Positions 15,524 through 24,163 of a DNA stretch of 64,000 bases are shown here, piece after piece. Origin of the DNA: Clostridia bacterium. GTDB taxonomy: Bacteria; Bacillota; Peptococcia; Peptococcales; BICA1-8. A model generated the notes under the pieces. The model saw only the letters and a list, made by a program, of their open reading frames with translations, had not been told where the DNA came from and did no database searches. A program made the position numbers and the translations under genes. Location: positions 274 through 64,273 of the forward strand of contig JAAXZE010000068.1 in assembly GCA_012720075.1 (NCBI GenBank). The letters are read 5' to 3'. The number at the start of each line of letters is the position of its first letter. Position 1 is the first letter of the stretch.

Positions 15524-17041
15524 ATGAATTTTATAGATAAAGCAATATCATATTTTTCCCCTGAAGCTGGATTGAAAAGATTGTCTGCAAGAAAAAGACT
15601 TGAAATATTAAACACCGGATATAGTTATCATGGAGCCAGTAGAACAAAAAAATCTTTAGCTGGTTGGATAAGCAGAGGTGGGTCAACGAAAGAGGATATT
15701 GATGACAACCTGGATATTTTGCGGCAACGTTCTAGGGATTTATATATGGGCACACCAATTGCCACAGGTGCCTTAAAAACTACTCGGACTAATGTAGTGG
15801 GTAGCGGCTTAAAACTTAATGCCCAGATTGATTATGAGTTTTTAGGTATGACGGAGGATGAAGCTGATGCCTGGGAAACCAAAGTGGAAAGAGAGTTTGC
15901 TCTTTGGGCTGATTCTGTACATTGTGATGCGCAAAGAATGAATAATTTTTATAAGTTACAACAATTAGCTTTTTTAGCCTGGCTTATGAGTGGGGAATGT
16001 TTTGTATTATTGCCACTAATAAAAAGGCCCAATATGCCTTACGACTTACGGATATATATTATAGAAGCAGACAGAGTATGTACACCAGCGAATAAATTAA
16101 ATTCAGACAAAATTATTAACGGTGTTGAAGTGGGTAAATACGGTGAGGTAATAGCCTATTATATTGCTCAAAAACACCCATTAGCGGTAAACATTGGCCA
16201 GCAAGAATGGGTAAGAGTACCTGTTTTTGGGAATACAACCGGTAGACCTAATATTCTTCATCTTATGGAAGCGGAAAGGCCAGAACAAAGAAGGGGTGTT
16301 CCAATATTAGCTCCGGTTATAGAATCTTTAAAACAGCTTGGACGGTATACTGAGGCTGAATTAATGGCTGCTGTGGTTTCCGGGATGTATACCGTCTTTA
16401 TAAAAACAGAAACAACGACTACAGAAATGCCTTTTGATAATGTGATACCAGATGAACAGAGAGTAGACGATATAGACGACAATAGTTATGAGCTGGGCAA
16501 TGGCGCAATTATTGCACTAGGAGAAAATGAAGATATTAAAGAGGCTAATCCGGGCAGGCCAAACAGTGCTTTTGATGGTTTTGTGACTGCAGTTTGCCGT
16601 CAGATCGGCGCTGCTCTTGAGATTCCATATGAGCTTTTAGTTAAGCACTTTACCGCCTCCTATTCCGCCAGTCGTGCGGCACTCTTGGAAGCCTGGAAAA
16701 GGTTTAGAATGAGAAGAACATGGTTAGCCACCGATTTTTGCCAACCAATATATGAAGAATGGCTTTCTGAAGCCGTGGCCAAGGGTAGAATTTATGCCCC
16801 TGGTTTTTTTTCTGACCCAATGGTGAAAAAAGCTTATTGTGGCGCTGAATGGAACGGGCCTTCTCAAGGGCAGATTGATCCGTTAAAAGAAGTTGAAGCT
16901 GCGGCCAGAAGAGTAGCAGAAGGCTTTAGTACTAGGACTAGGGAAACTCAAGAACTTACTGGTGGAGATTACTTTAAAAACTTAAGTTTAAGAGTAAGGG
17001 AGGAGAGATTACGGAGAGAAGGGGGATTAGTTTCTAACTAA
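15524..17041 (+). CDS. portal protein, lambda (gpB) family
   Basis: 505 aa, in the expected position, with lambda-type portal sequence character. Confidence 0.85.
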   Translation: MNFIDKAISYFSPEAGLKRLSARKRLEILNTGYSYHGASRTKKSLAGWISRGGSTKEDIDDNLDILRQRSRDLYMGTPIATGALKTTRTNVVGSGLKLNAQIDYEFLGMTEDEADAWETKVEREFALWADSVHCDAQRMNNFYKLQQLAFLAWLMSGECFVLLPLIKRPNMPYDLRIYIIEADRVCTPANKLNSDKIINGVEVGKYGEVIAYYIAQKHPLAVNIGQQEWVRVPVFGNTTGRPNILHLMEAERPEQRRGVPILAPVIESLKQLGRYTEAELMAAVVSGMYTVFIKTETTTTEMPFDNVIPDEQRVDDIDDNSYELGNGAIIALGENEDIKEANPGRPNSAFDGFVTAVCRQIGAALEIPYELLVKHFTASYSASRAALLEAWKRFRMRRTWLATDFCQPIYEEWLSEAVAKGRIYAPGFFSDPMVKKAYCGAEWNGPSQGQIDPLKEVEAAARRVAEGFSTRTRETQELTGGDYFKNLSLRVREERLRREGGLVSN

Positions 17042-17069
17042 ATTTTAGAAAACAAGGGGGTGAAAATGA

Positions 17070-18092
17070 GTGAGGAAGATACATATAAAAGGGGTAATTA
17101 TCTCTAATGACGTTCAATGGATATATGAGCTATTCGATATCGAATGCACTTCACCTAATATGGTAAATGCGCAATTAGAAGAAGCGAATGGTGAAGACAT
17201 AGAAGTAATTATCAACTCAGGTGGTGGCGAAGTCTATGCTGGCTCTGAAATATATACTGCTTTAAAAGATTATCCAGGAAAAGTTACAGTAAAAATAGTT
17301 GGAATAGCCGCAAGTGCAGCCAGCATAATTGCAATGGCCGGTGATAAAGTGCTAATATCACCTACTGCCCAGATAATGATTCACACTGCTTCTAATGTAT
17401 CTAAAGGAGATTATAGAGTTCATCAATCTTCATCGGATTTCCTAAGAAATTGGGATAAGTCTATTGCTAATGCTTATATGCTCAAGACTGGGATGACCCA
17501 AGAGGAATTACTTGAACTAATGGATAAGGAAACATGGCTTACCGCCCAACAAGCTTTAGAGAAAGGGTTTGTTGATGAAATAATGTTTGAGGATAGCAAT
17601 CAACCTAAATTAGTAGCAAGTGCAGGTTATTTTGAAATGATTCCTCAGAAGGTTATCGACAAAATAAAAAATGAGATTAAAAAGGGCGCTTTACAAAATA
17701 TGATCGAAATTAATAAAAAGGGGGAAAGGATTATGGATTTAGAACAATTAATAAATGAATACCCGGATCTTTATGAACAAGTCAAAAATGAGGGTATAAA
17801 AGAGGAAAGAGAAAGGATAAAAGCTATTGAAGAAATTGCCATGCCTGGTAATGAAGACATCATCAATAAGGCAAAATTTGAAACAGGAATTACTGCTGAA
17901 GAAGTTGCTGTAGAGATTCTTAAGGCAGAAAAACAAAGGGCTGTGAATTTTTTAAAGAAAAGAGAAGAAGATGCTAAAGATCTGAGTAATATTGAACCTG
18001 GTTCTGCACCTCAAGATGATAAGGAAACACAGAATAAAAAGGTCGCTGAAAATATTGCGGCCGCAATTAATAAAAGGAGGGGGATTAAATAA
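17070..18092 (+). CDS. head maturation protease (ClpP/S14-like) with C-terminal scaffold-like domain
   Basis: INSGGGEVYAGSEIYTAL...GIAASAASIIAMAGD...MIHTAS is protease-like. The C-terminus is a charged coiled coil. Confidence 0.85.
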   Translation: MRKIHIKGVIISNDVQWIYELFDIECTSPNMVNAQLEEANGEDIEVIINSGGGEVYAGSEIYTALKDYPGKVTVKIVGIAASAASIIAMAGDKVLISPTAQIMIHTASNVSKGDYRVHQSSSDFLRNWDKSIANAYMLKTGMTQEELLELMDKETWLTAQQALEKGFVDEIMFEDSNQPKLVASAGYFEMIPQKVIDKIKNEIKKGALQNMIEINKKGERIMDLEQLINEYPDLYEQVKNEGIKEERERIKAIEEIAMPGNEDIINKAKFETGITAEEVAVEILKAEKQRAVNFLKKREEDAKDLSNIEPGSAPQDDKETQNKKVAENIAAAINKRRGIK

Positions 18093-18475
18093 TGGTTGAA
18101 AAACTTAATAGCACAATAGGGGGATACACCCCGGATAATCTTATTGCTGGGCATGAAGTACCACTATTAGTCAAAGGTATTACTTTGGCTAAAAATCAGG
18201 GTGTTGTTGCCAGAGGAACTGTTTTAGGTATCGTTAAGGACAGTGGTTTGGCTAAGCCTGTCGATAGCACTAAAACCGATGGTAGTGAAGTACCTTATTG
18301 CATTTTAACTGACACAATTGATACCGATGGCGAGGAAGACGTAAAAGCAACCGCCTATGTGTCAGGATTATTTAACAGCAAGGCTCTTATTTTTGGAGGG
18401 GACGATACAATAGAGCAGCATGAAAATAAACTACGTGAATTAGGAATTTTTCTTAGAGAAAATATTGAATATTAA
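18092..18475 (+). CDS. head decoration protein (gpD-like)
   Basis: 127 aa, between the protease and the gpE-type capsid. ...ATAYVSGLFNSKALIFGGDD. Confidence 0.6.
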   Translation: MVEKLNSTIGGYTPDNLIAGHEVPLLVKGITLAKNQGVVARGTVLGIVKDSGLAKPVDSTKTDGSEVPYCILTDTIDTDGEEDVKATAYVSGLFNSKALIFGGDDTIEQHENKLRELGIFLRENIEY

Positions 18476-18491
18476 GAAGGGGGAAAGATAA

Positions 18492-19517
18492 ATGGGTTTT
18501 GATATTTATAGCACCAGAACCATGATGCAGGCAATCAATTTAATGATGCCTGTTCATACTTTTTTAAGAGATACTTTTTTCCCGATTGTAGAAACAAAAG
18601 TAACTGAATATGTGGATGTGGACTTTAAAAAAGGTAAAAGAAAGATGGCTCCTTTTGTAGCTCCACGTATTGGCGGAATTGTAATGGATAGGCAAGGCTT
18701 TAAAACCGAAACTTATAAACCACCTAAGATTGCTCCGGAAAGAATGATTACTGTTGATGATATAGTTAAGAGAGGAATGGGAGAAGGCATTTACAGCTCT
18801 AAAACTCCGGAAGAAAGAGCTATGGAGTTATTGGCAGCCGATATAGTAGAACTTGATGACTATATCATTCGTAGGGAAGAATGGATGTGCCGGGAAGTCC
18901 TTTTAAATGGTAAGCTGGTGATGTCCGGTGAAGGATTTGAACAAGTTGTTGATTATGGTTTTACAAACAAAGAAACTTTAGCAACGGGAGCTAAATGGAC
19001 AGCTACTGATACTTCAGATCCGCTGGCCGATTTAAAACGGTGGAGAAAGCTTGTCATCCAGAAAACTGGTAAGGCACCAAATATTTGCGTTATGGCTTCT
19101 GATGTGGTTGATGTGTTTACAAACCATCCTAAAGTAAAAGAAAAACTGGACGTTCTAAGACTCAATATTGGGATTCTGGAACCTTCGGTGAAGAATGAAG
19201 CTATCACCTATATTGGCCGATTAGCAGAAGTAGGGCTGGAAATCTATAGTTATGATGAGTGGTTCCTCGACGATGATGATACAGAAAAACCAATGATTCC
19301 GGAAGGGCATGTGATCTTGGCTCCAAAAGGTGCAAACAAACGAATTTATGGTGCTGTTACTCAAGTAGAAGACGGCCAGTTTGTAACTATTGAGGGAACT
19401 AGAATTCCAAAATCTTGGGTTGATGAAAATAATGATATCAGAAAATTACGATTGGCCTCTCGTCCCCTGCCTATTCCGGAAGATGTGGATGGTTGGTATG
19501 TAGCAATTGTTAAGTAG
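18492..19517 (+). CDS. major capsid protein, gpE family
   Basis: 341 aa. The MGFDIYSTRTMMQAINLMMPVHTFLRDTFF N-terminus is typical of the lambda E family. Confidence 0.85.
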   Translation: MGFDIYSTRTMMQAINLMMPVHTFLRDTFFPIVETKVTEYVDVDFKKGKRKMAPFVAPRIGGIVMDRQGFKTETYKPPKIAPERMITVDDIVKRGMGEGIYSSKTPEERAMELLAADIVELDDYIIRREEWMCREVLLNGKLVMSGEGFEQVVDYGFTNKETLATGAKWTATDTSDPLADLKRWRKLVIQKTGKAPNICVMASDVVDVFTNHPKVKEKLDVLRLNIGILEPSVKNEAITYIGRLAEVGLEIYSYDEWFLDDDDTEKPMIPEGHVILAPKGANKRIYGAVTQVEDGQFVTIEGTRIPKSWVDENNDIRKLRLASRPLPIPEDVDGWYVAIVK

Positions 19518-19528
19518 GAGGGATAACT

Positions 19529-19720
19529 GTGGCGGTAATCGCAAATTGGAAAATATCTACTAGGGATAAAGAGGGTAATTTAAAGACATATTTTGCAGGG
19601 GACTTGGTAGAAGAACTTAGTAACCAGGAGGAAATGCAGCTTTTAAAGCAAGGTGCGGCAACAAAAATATTAGTAGGGGATAATAAGAAAAACAAAAATC
19701 AGAAAAAAGATGGTGAATAA
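19529..19720 (+). CDS. hypothetical head-associated protein
   Basis: GTG start after AGGAGGG. 63 aa. Confidence 0.45.
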   Translation: MAVIANWKISTRDKEGNLKTYFAGDLVEELSNQEEMQLLKQGAATKILVGDNKKNKNQKKDGE

Positions 19721-19722
19721 TC

Positions 19723-20046
19723 ATGCCTAGTTTGCGTGATTATTTTTTTTCTGATTTAAGTGTTTTTCTGAATTTAGAAGAGTTTGCCGAAATTCACAAT
19801 ATAAATGGTGTAGATGTTCCTGCTATAGTAGATAGCGATACTTATAAAATTCTTAGTAATAACAAATCGGAAAGATTTGATGGAATTTATTCCGGTGAGG
19901 TCGCAATCTTTGTTAAAGCTTGCGACCTGCCGCATCGTCCTGTTTTTGGCGAACATTTGAGATTAGATGATAAGCTTTATCTTGTTAAAGAATGTAATGA
20001 AAACATGGGAATTTTAGAAATTATTTTAGGGGCAAATGAATCATGA
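19723..20046 (+). CDS. putative head-tail connector protein (by position)
   Basis: 107-aa ORF, tightly packed with its neighbours. Confidence 0.45.
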   Translation: MPSLRDYFFSDLSVFLNLEEFAEIHNINGVDVPAIVDSDTYKILSNNKSERFDGIYSGEVAIFVKACDLPHRPVFGEHLRLDDKLYLVKECNENMGILEIILGANES

Positions 20047-20609
20047 TTACAATTGATGCCGAACAAATAAAAAGGGCAGAATTGTTGTTAAAAAATATTC
20101 CAGGTGGAATAGATAAGTCTATTGTTAGAGCTATAAACAGGTCGGTAGAAAGTGCACAGACTGCGGCTGTTAAAAAGGTTAAGGATAGATATTATATTAA
20201 GGCCGGTGATGTAAGAAAAACAATTAAGATTAAAAAAGCAAATTATAGTGATCGAATAGCTATTATTCGTGCCACTGGTTCGCCGGTTGCTTTATCAAAA
20301 TTTAGTGTTACTCCTTCTAAGCCGCCTAAAAAAAGAAGAAAAACTCCTGTTAAAGTAAGGGTTTTAAAAGGTGAAAGCCCAAAATCTCTTACTCATGCTT
20401 TTGTAACTAGGCTGAGTTCGGGACATATTGGAGTTTTTGAACGTGTCGGAAAAGCAAGGTATCCAATTAAACAGTTTTACGGTCCTTCTGTTCCGCAAAT
20501 GTTGGGGCATGATTCTGTAGTTAAATATGTGGAAGAACGTGCTAAAGAGCAACTAATAAAGCGATTTGACCATGAAATAGAACGTCTGCTGAGAGGTGCA
20601 GGCAAATGA
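20043..20609 (+). CDS. tail completion protein, gpZ-like (tentative)
   Basis: 188 aa. Position and size match lambda gpZ-type proteins. ATGA coupling to the upstream gene. Confidence 0.45.
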   Translation: MITIDAEQIKRAELLLKNIPGGIDKSIVRAINRSVESAQTAAVKKVKDRYYIKAGDVRKTIKIKKANYSDRIAIIRATGSPVALSKFSVTPSKPPKKRRKTPVKVRVLKGESPKSLTHAFVTRLSSGHIGVFERVGKARYPIKQFYGPSVPQMLGHDSVVKYVEERAKEQLIKRFDHEIERLLRGAGK

Positions 20610-21061
20610 CAGCTATTTTTTTGCTTGATGAATTGAAAGACTTTATTGAAAATGTTGTAAAAAACTATCTTTTAGAAACGAATAAAAAAGATCTAAAAAA
20701 GTCACCGCAGGTTGTTACCGGATATCTTCCGGCAAAAAAGACAACACCTGATCCGGATTATCCTTTTGTGATTGTTCGTTTGGTCAAAGGTGAAGATACT
20801 CAGGAAGGGGCTACCTTGACTGTCAAAATTATTGTAGGAACTTATTCAGAGGATGCCCAAGAAGGTTGGCGTGATGTGGCCAATATTATTCAACGTATTT
20901 GGCAGGAATTATTTAAAAAGAGAGTAGTGGCCAAAAAGTTCCGTCTTGAATATCCTATGAATTTTGAAATGCCGGAAGAACAACCTTATCCAGAATGGAT
21001 AGGTATTATGACAACAACTTGGACGCTTCCCCATCCGATAGAGGAGGTATTTTATGAGTAA
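20606..21061 (+). CDS. putative tail terminator/completion protein (by position)
   Basis: 151-aa ORF, translationally coupled. Confidence 0.45.
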   Translation: MTAIFLLDELKDFIENVVKNYLLETNKKDLKKSPQVVTGYLPAKKTTPDPDYPFVIVRLVKGEDTQEGATLTVKIIVGTYSEDAQEGWRDVANIIQRIWQELFKKRVVAKKFRLEYPMNFEMPEEQPYPEWIGIMTTTWTLPHPIEEVFYE

Positions 21062-21344
21062 GATTAAAAAGACCATAAATAAAATTGCTCCTGTTGATAA
21101 GCAGGAGCAATTAATTTATTGTGGGCCAAATATCCCGGGTGGAATCTTACAAAAATATACCGTTTATGTAAACGGTACACCCAGATATTTGAGTGATTTA
21201 TTAATTAAATGTCCAGCAATTAAGAGTTTAATTGTACCTATAGAACAATTTAGTCAAACAGAACAAGCGATAAAACAAAAAGGTACACCTCAAAATATGT
21301 TTTACAATCAAATTCTTGAGTATTTTAAGAAAGGCGGTGTGTAA
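21054..21344 (+). CDS. hypothetical structural protein
   Basis: 96-aa ORF before the sheath gene. Confidence 0.45.
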   Translation: MSKIKKTINKIAPVDKQEQLIYCGPNIPGGILQKYTVYVNGTPRYLSDLLIKCPAIKSLIVPIEQFSQTEQAIKQKGTPQNMFYNQILEYFKKGGV

Positions 21345-21347
21345 TAT

Positions 21348-22799
21348 ATGGCATATAAACATGGAGTTTATGTTTCTGAAGTACCGACTTCAGTTGTTCC
21401 GCCGGTACATGTTAGCGCTGGTTTACCTGTAGTATTTGGGACAGCACCAATTAACTTAGCCACCAATCCTGCGCCTGTGAATAAGCCTGTGCTTTGTTAT
21501 TCTTTTAAAGAAGCCGTTGAACAACTGGGTTATAACAGCGACTGGAAGAACTATACTCTTTGTGAGTTTATGAAGTCGCATTTTGTTTTATATGCAGTGG
21601 GACCGGTAGTTTTTGTTAATGTTTTAGATCCGGAAAAACATAAAGCAAGCGTCTCTCAGGAAGAAATTACTCTGGATAACCAAGACAAAGCTATTTTGGC
21701 AAAACAGGGAGTTATTTTATCAACAATAAAAGTGGAATCTTCTGATGGTTCAACAACCTATAATTTAGATACTGATTATGCTACGGCCTTTGATGATGAT
21801 GGCAATGTAGTTGTTACCAGACTTTCAGGTGGAAGTATTACAGAAGGGGCTACTTTAAAAGTTAGTTATGATTATTTAGATCCTAGTTTGGTAACTTCAG
21901 AGGATATTATCGGGGGTATTGATAGTGCTACCGGTACCTATAAAGGTCTGGAACTTTTAAACCAAGTTTTCCCATTATATCGGTTAGTGCCCGGAATGGT
22001 GTTGGCACCGGGTTGGTCTCAGGATCCAACAGTAGCGGCGGTTATGGTTGCTAAGGCAAGTAACATAAATAGTCATTTTAAGTGCATTGCTTTAACTGAT
22101 GTACCAACAGATACAGTAAAGGATTATACGGAAGTTCCTGCCTGGAAGAATGATAATAACTATGTATCTACTAATCAGATTGATTGTTGGCCAAAGGTTA
22201 AGCTGGGTGAAGAAATTTATCATTTGTCTACACAATTAGCAGGGTTAATTTGTGCTACAGATGCCCAGAATGATGATATTCCTTATGCCAGTCCTTCCAA
22301 TAAGAATTTACAGGCTGATAGTGCTGTGTTGGCTGACGGTACTGAAGTTAGTCTTGGCCCTGATCAAGCAGCTTACTTAAATGGAGAAGGGGTTATAACT
22401 GCCCTAAACTTTGTAGGTGGTTGGAAAGCTTGGGGTAATCGTACCGGTGCTTATCCTGCGGCAACTGACCCTAAAGATGTGTTTTTACCCATTAGAAGAA
22501 TGTTTAACTGGATTGGCAATACTTTAATCTTAACTTATTGGGCAAAAGTAGATTATCCTATAAAAAGACGTAATATTGAGGCAATAGTAGATAGTGCAAA
22601 TATTTGGCTAAATGGTTTAGCGGCAAGGGAATTTATCCTTGGTGGGCGTGTAGAGTTTTTAGCAGAAGAAAATCCAGATAATGATTTAATGGATGGAATT
22701 GTTCGTTTTCATGTTTATGTAACTCCGCCTTCGCCGGCCAGAGAAATTGACTTTACTCTTGAATATGATGTCAGATACCTTGAAGGATTATTCGGATAG
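21348..22799 (+). CDS. contractile tail sheath protein
   Basis: The MAYKHGVYVSEVPTSVVPPV N-terminus is characteristic of sheath proteins. 483 aa. Confidence 0.85.
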   Translation: MAYKHGVYVSEVPTSVVPPVHVSAGLPVVFGTAPINLATNPAPVNKPVLCYSFKEAVEQLGYNSDWKNYTLCEFMKSHFVLYAVGPVVFVNVLDPEKHKASVSQEEITLDNQDKAILAKQGVILSTIKVESSDGSTTYNLDTDYATAFDDDGNVVVTRLSGGSITEGATLKVSYDYLDPSLVTSEDIIGGIDSATGTYKGLELLNQVFPLYRLVPGMVLAPGWSQDPTVAAVMVAKASNINSHFKCIALTDVPTDTVKDYTEVPAWKNDNNYVSTNQIDCWPKVKLGEEIYHLSTQLAGLICATDAQNDDIPYASPSNKNLQADSAVLADGTEVSLGPDQAAYLNGEGVITALNFVGGWKAWGNRTGAYPAATDPKDVFLPIRRMFNWIGNTLILTYWAKVDYPIKRRNIEAIVDSANIWLNGLAAREFILGGRVEFLAEENPDNDLMDGIVRFHVYVTPPSPAREIDFTLEYDVRYLEGLFG

Positions 22800-22813
22800 A
22801 GGGAGGGATATAG

Positions 22814-23338
22814 ATGAGTAACCAGGTACCGGAAAAGCTTATAAATTTCAGGGTTTATGAAGACGGTAACGATTTGTTGGGCATAGCTGATGTGGAATTG
22901 CCCAGTATAGAGGCAATGACGGAAACCGTTAAAGGTGCCGGCATTGCCGGTGAAGTGGATAGCCCTGTATTAGGACACTTCGGAAGCATGACGCTTACTT
23001 TAAATTGGCGAACAATCATTAAATCGACTGTACATTTAGCACAGCAAAGAGCTCACAACTTAGATTTAAGAGGAGCTATACAAACCTATAATTCTGGAAC
23101 AGGCGAGTATAAGGTAACACCTTTAAAAGTCAGTGTGAGGTGTATACCTAAAACTACAGATTTGGGTAAGCTTGATGTTGGTACCACATCTGATGCATCC
23201 AACGAATTTGAAGTTACCTATATAAAAGTATTTTTGGACGGAGTCCCTGTAATTGAAATTGATAAATTCAATTATATTTGCGTAATAAATGGTGTAGATT
23301 ACTTAAAACAGGTAAGACAGGCTTTAGGTTTAAGTTAA
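22814..23338 (+). CDS. tail tube protein
   Basis: 174 aa immediately after the sheath. EKLINFRVYEDGNDLLGIADVELPSIE. Confidence 0.8.
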   Translation: MSNQVPEKLINFRVYEDGNDLLGIADVELPSIEAMTETVKGAGIAGEVDSPVLGHFGSMTLTLNWRTIIKSTVHLAQQRAHNLDLRGAIQTYNSGTGEYKVTPLKVSVRCIPKTTDLGKLDVGTTSDASNEFEVTYIKVFLDGVPVIEIDKFNYICVINGVDYLKQVRQALGLS

Positions 23339-23342
23339 TAAA

Positions 23343-23365
23343 AATAGGGCCCTTTGTGGGCCCTA
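23343..23365. terminator. bidirectional hairpin between the tube gene and the antisense moron
   Basis: atagggccc-tttgt-gggccctat perfect 9-bp stem. Confidence 0.6.
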
Positions 23366-23367
23366 TG

Positions 23368-23649
23368 TTATTCATTACCAAAGAATTTGCTTCCTATCCA
23401 TAGTCCTGCCAGAAAGGAAAGCAATGAAGGTTGTTTTTGATTAAAATTTATATTTTTAACATCACTTAATCCTAAAAGTGGACCGCATTTAATGATGAAG
23501 ATATACAATCCGATTAGGAAGCCGATCCAATAACCTACAGTACCAAGTATTAGCTCACCAAAAAAACCAGTAAGCATCCCAAAAATTGATCCAAAAGCTA
23601 TGACTAAAGTCCAGAGGAACAGTTTTATTAACCATTCAAAAACAACCAT
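23368..23649 (-). CDS. small multi-pass membrane protein (antisense moron inside the tail module)
   Basis: 93 aa, almost entirely hydrophobic segments (3-4 predicted TM). AAGGAGGAG RBS. Confidence 0.6.
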   Translation of the reverse strand: MVVFEWLIKLFLWTLVIAFGSIFGMLTGFFGELILGTVGYWIGFLIGLYIFIIKCGPLLGLSDVKNINFNQKQPSLLSFLAGLWIGSKFFGNE

Positions 23650-23696
23650 TTTAACTCCTCCTTTAACAAAATTATATCATTAAAGAGGTGTGAAGT

Positions 23697-23981
23697 ATGC
23701 AAAAAATTGTTTTCAGAAAACCTTTTACTTTTGAGGGTAAAGAATATAAGGAATTAACTTTAGATTTAGATTCATTAACCGGTAAAGACATAATATCTGC
23801 CTCAACTGAAGCACGATTGTTAGAGCAAGGAAATTTTTCTCCTGTATTGGAACTTTCAAAGGCATTTCAGGCTGTTATTGCTGCAAAAGCAGCTAAAGTT
23901 CCTGTAGAAATGCTTTTAAGTTTGCCGGCAAAGGAGTTTAGCAATATCACATTATTGGTAGAAAATTTTTTGTTCGAATAA
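23697..23981 (+). CDS. tail assembly chaperone (gpE/XkdN-like), 0-frame product
   Basis: 94 aa, between the tube and the tape measure. Confidence 0.65.
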   Translation: MQKIVFRKPFTFEGKEYKELTLDLDSLTGKDIISASTEARLLEQGNFSPVLELSKAFQAVIAAKAAKVPVEMLLSLPAKEFSNITLLVENFLFE

Positions 23982-24163
23982 GTCCTAGAAAAGGTAAACT
24001 AATTGAGCATGTTATGGAGATTGCTTTAAAGATGTCTATTGAAAGTTATACTCCTGTTCCATATTGGCTTTCTAGACCATTAATTGAATTAACTAATTGG
24101 ATAAAGGTATTACTAAACCTTCAAAAGAAGGTGATTAAATGGCCAGAAAAATGCATGAAATAG
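23697..24163 (+). CDS. tail assembly chaperone, -1 frameshift-extended product
   Basis: After slippage the hand translation reads VRISPRKGKLIEHVMEIALKMSIESYTPVPYWLSRPLIELTNWIKVLLNLQKKVIKWPEKCMK. Overlaps the tape-measure start. Confidence 0.5.
23966..23972 (+). promoter_or_regulatory. -1 programmed frameshift slippery heptamer T TTT TTG
   Basis: In phase with the 0-frame (codons TTT TTG), 2 codons before the stop. The -1 frame is open to TAG 24161-24163. Confidence 0.55.
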
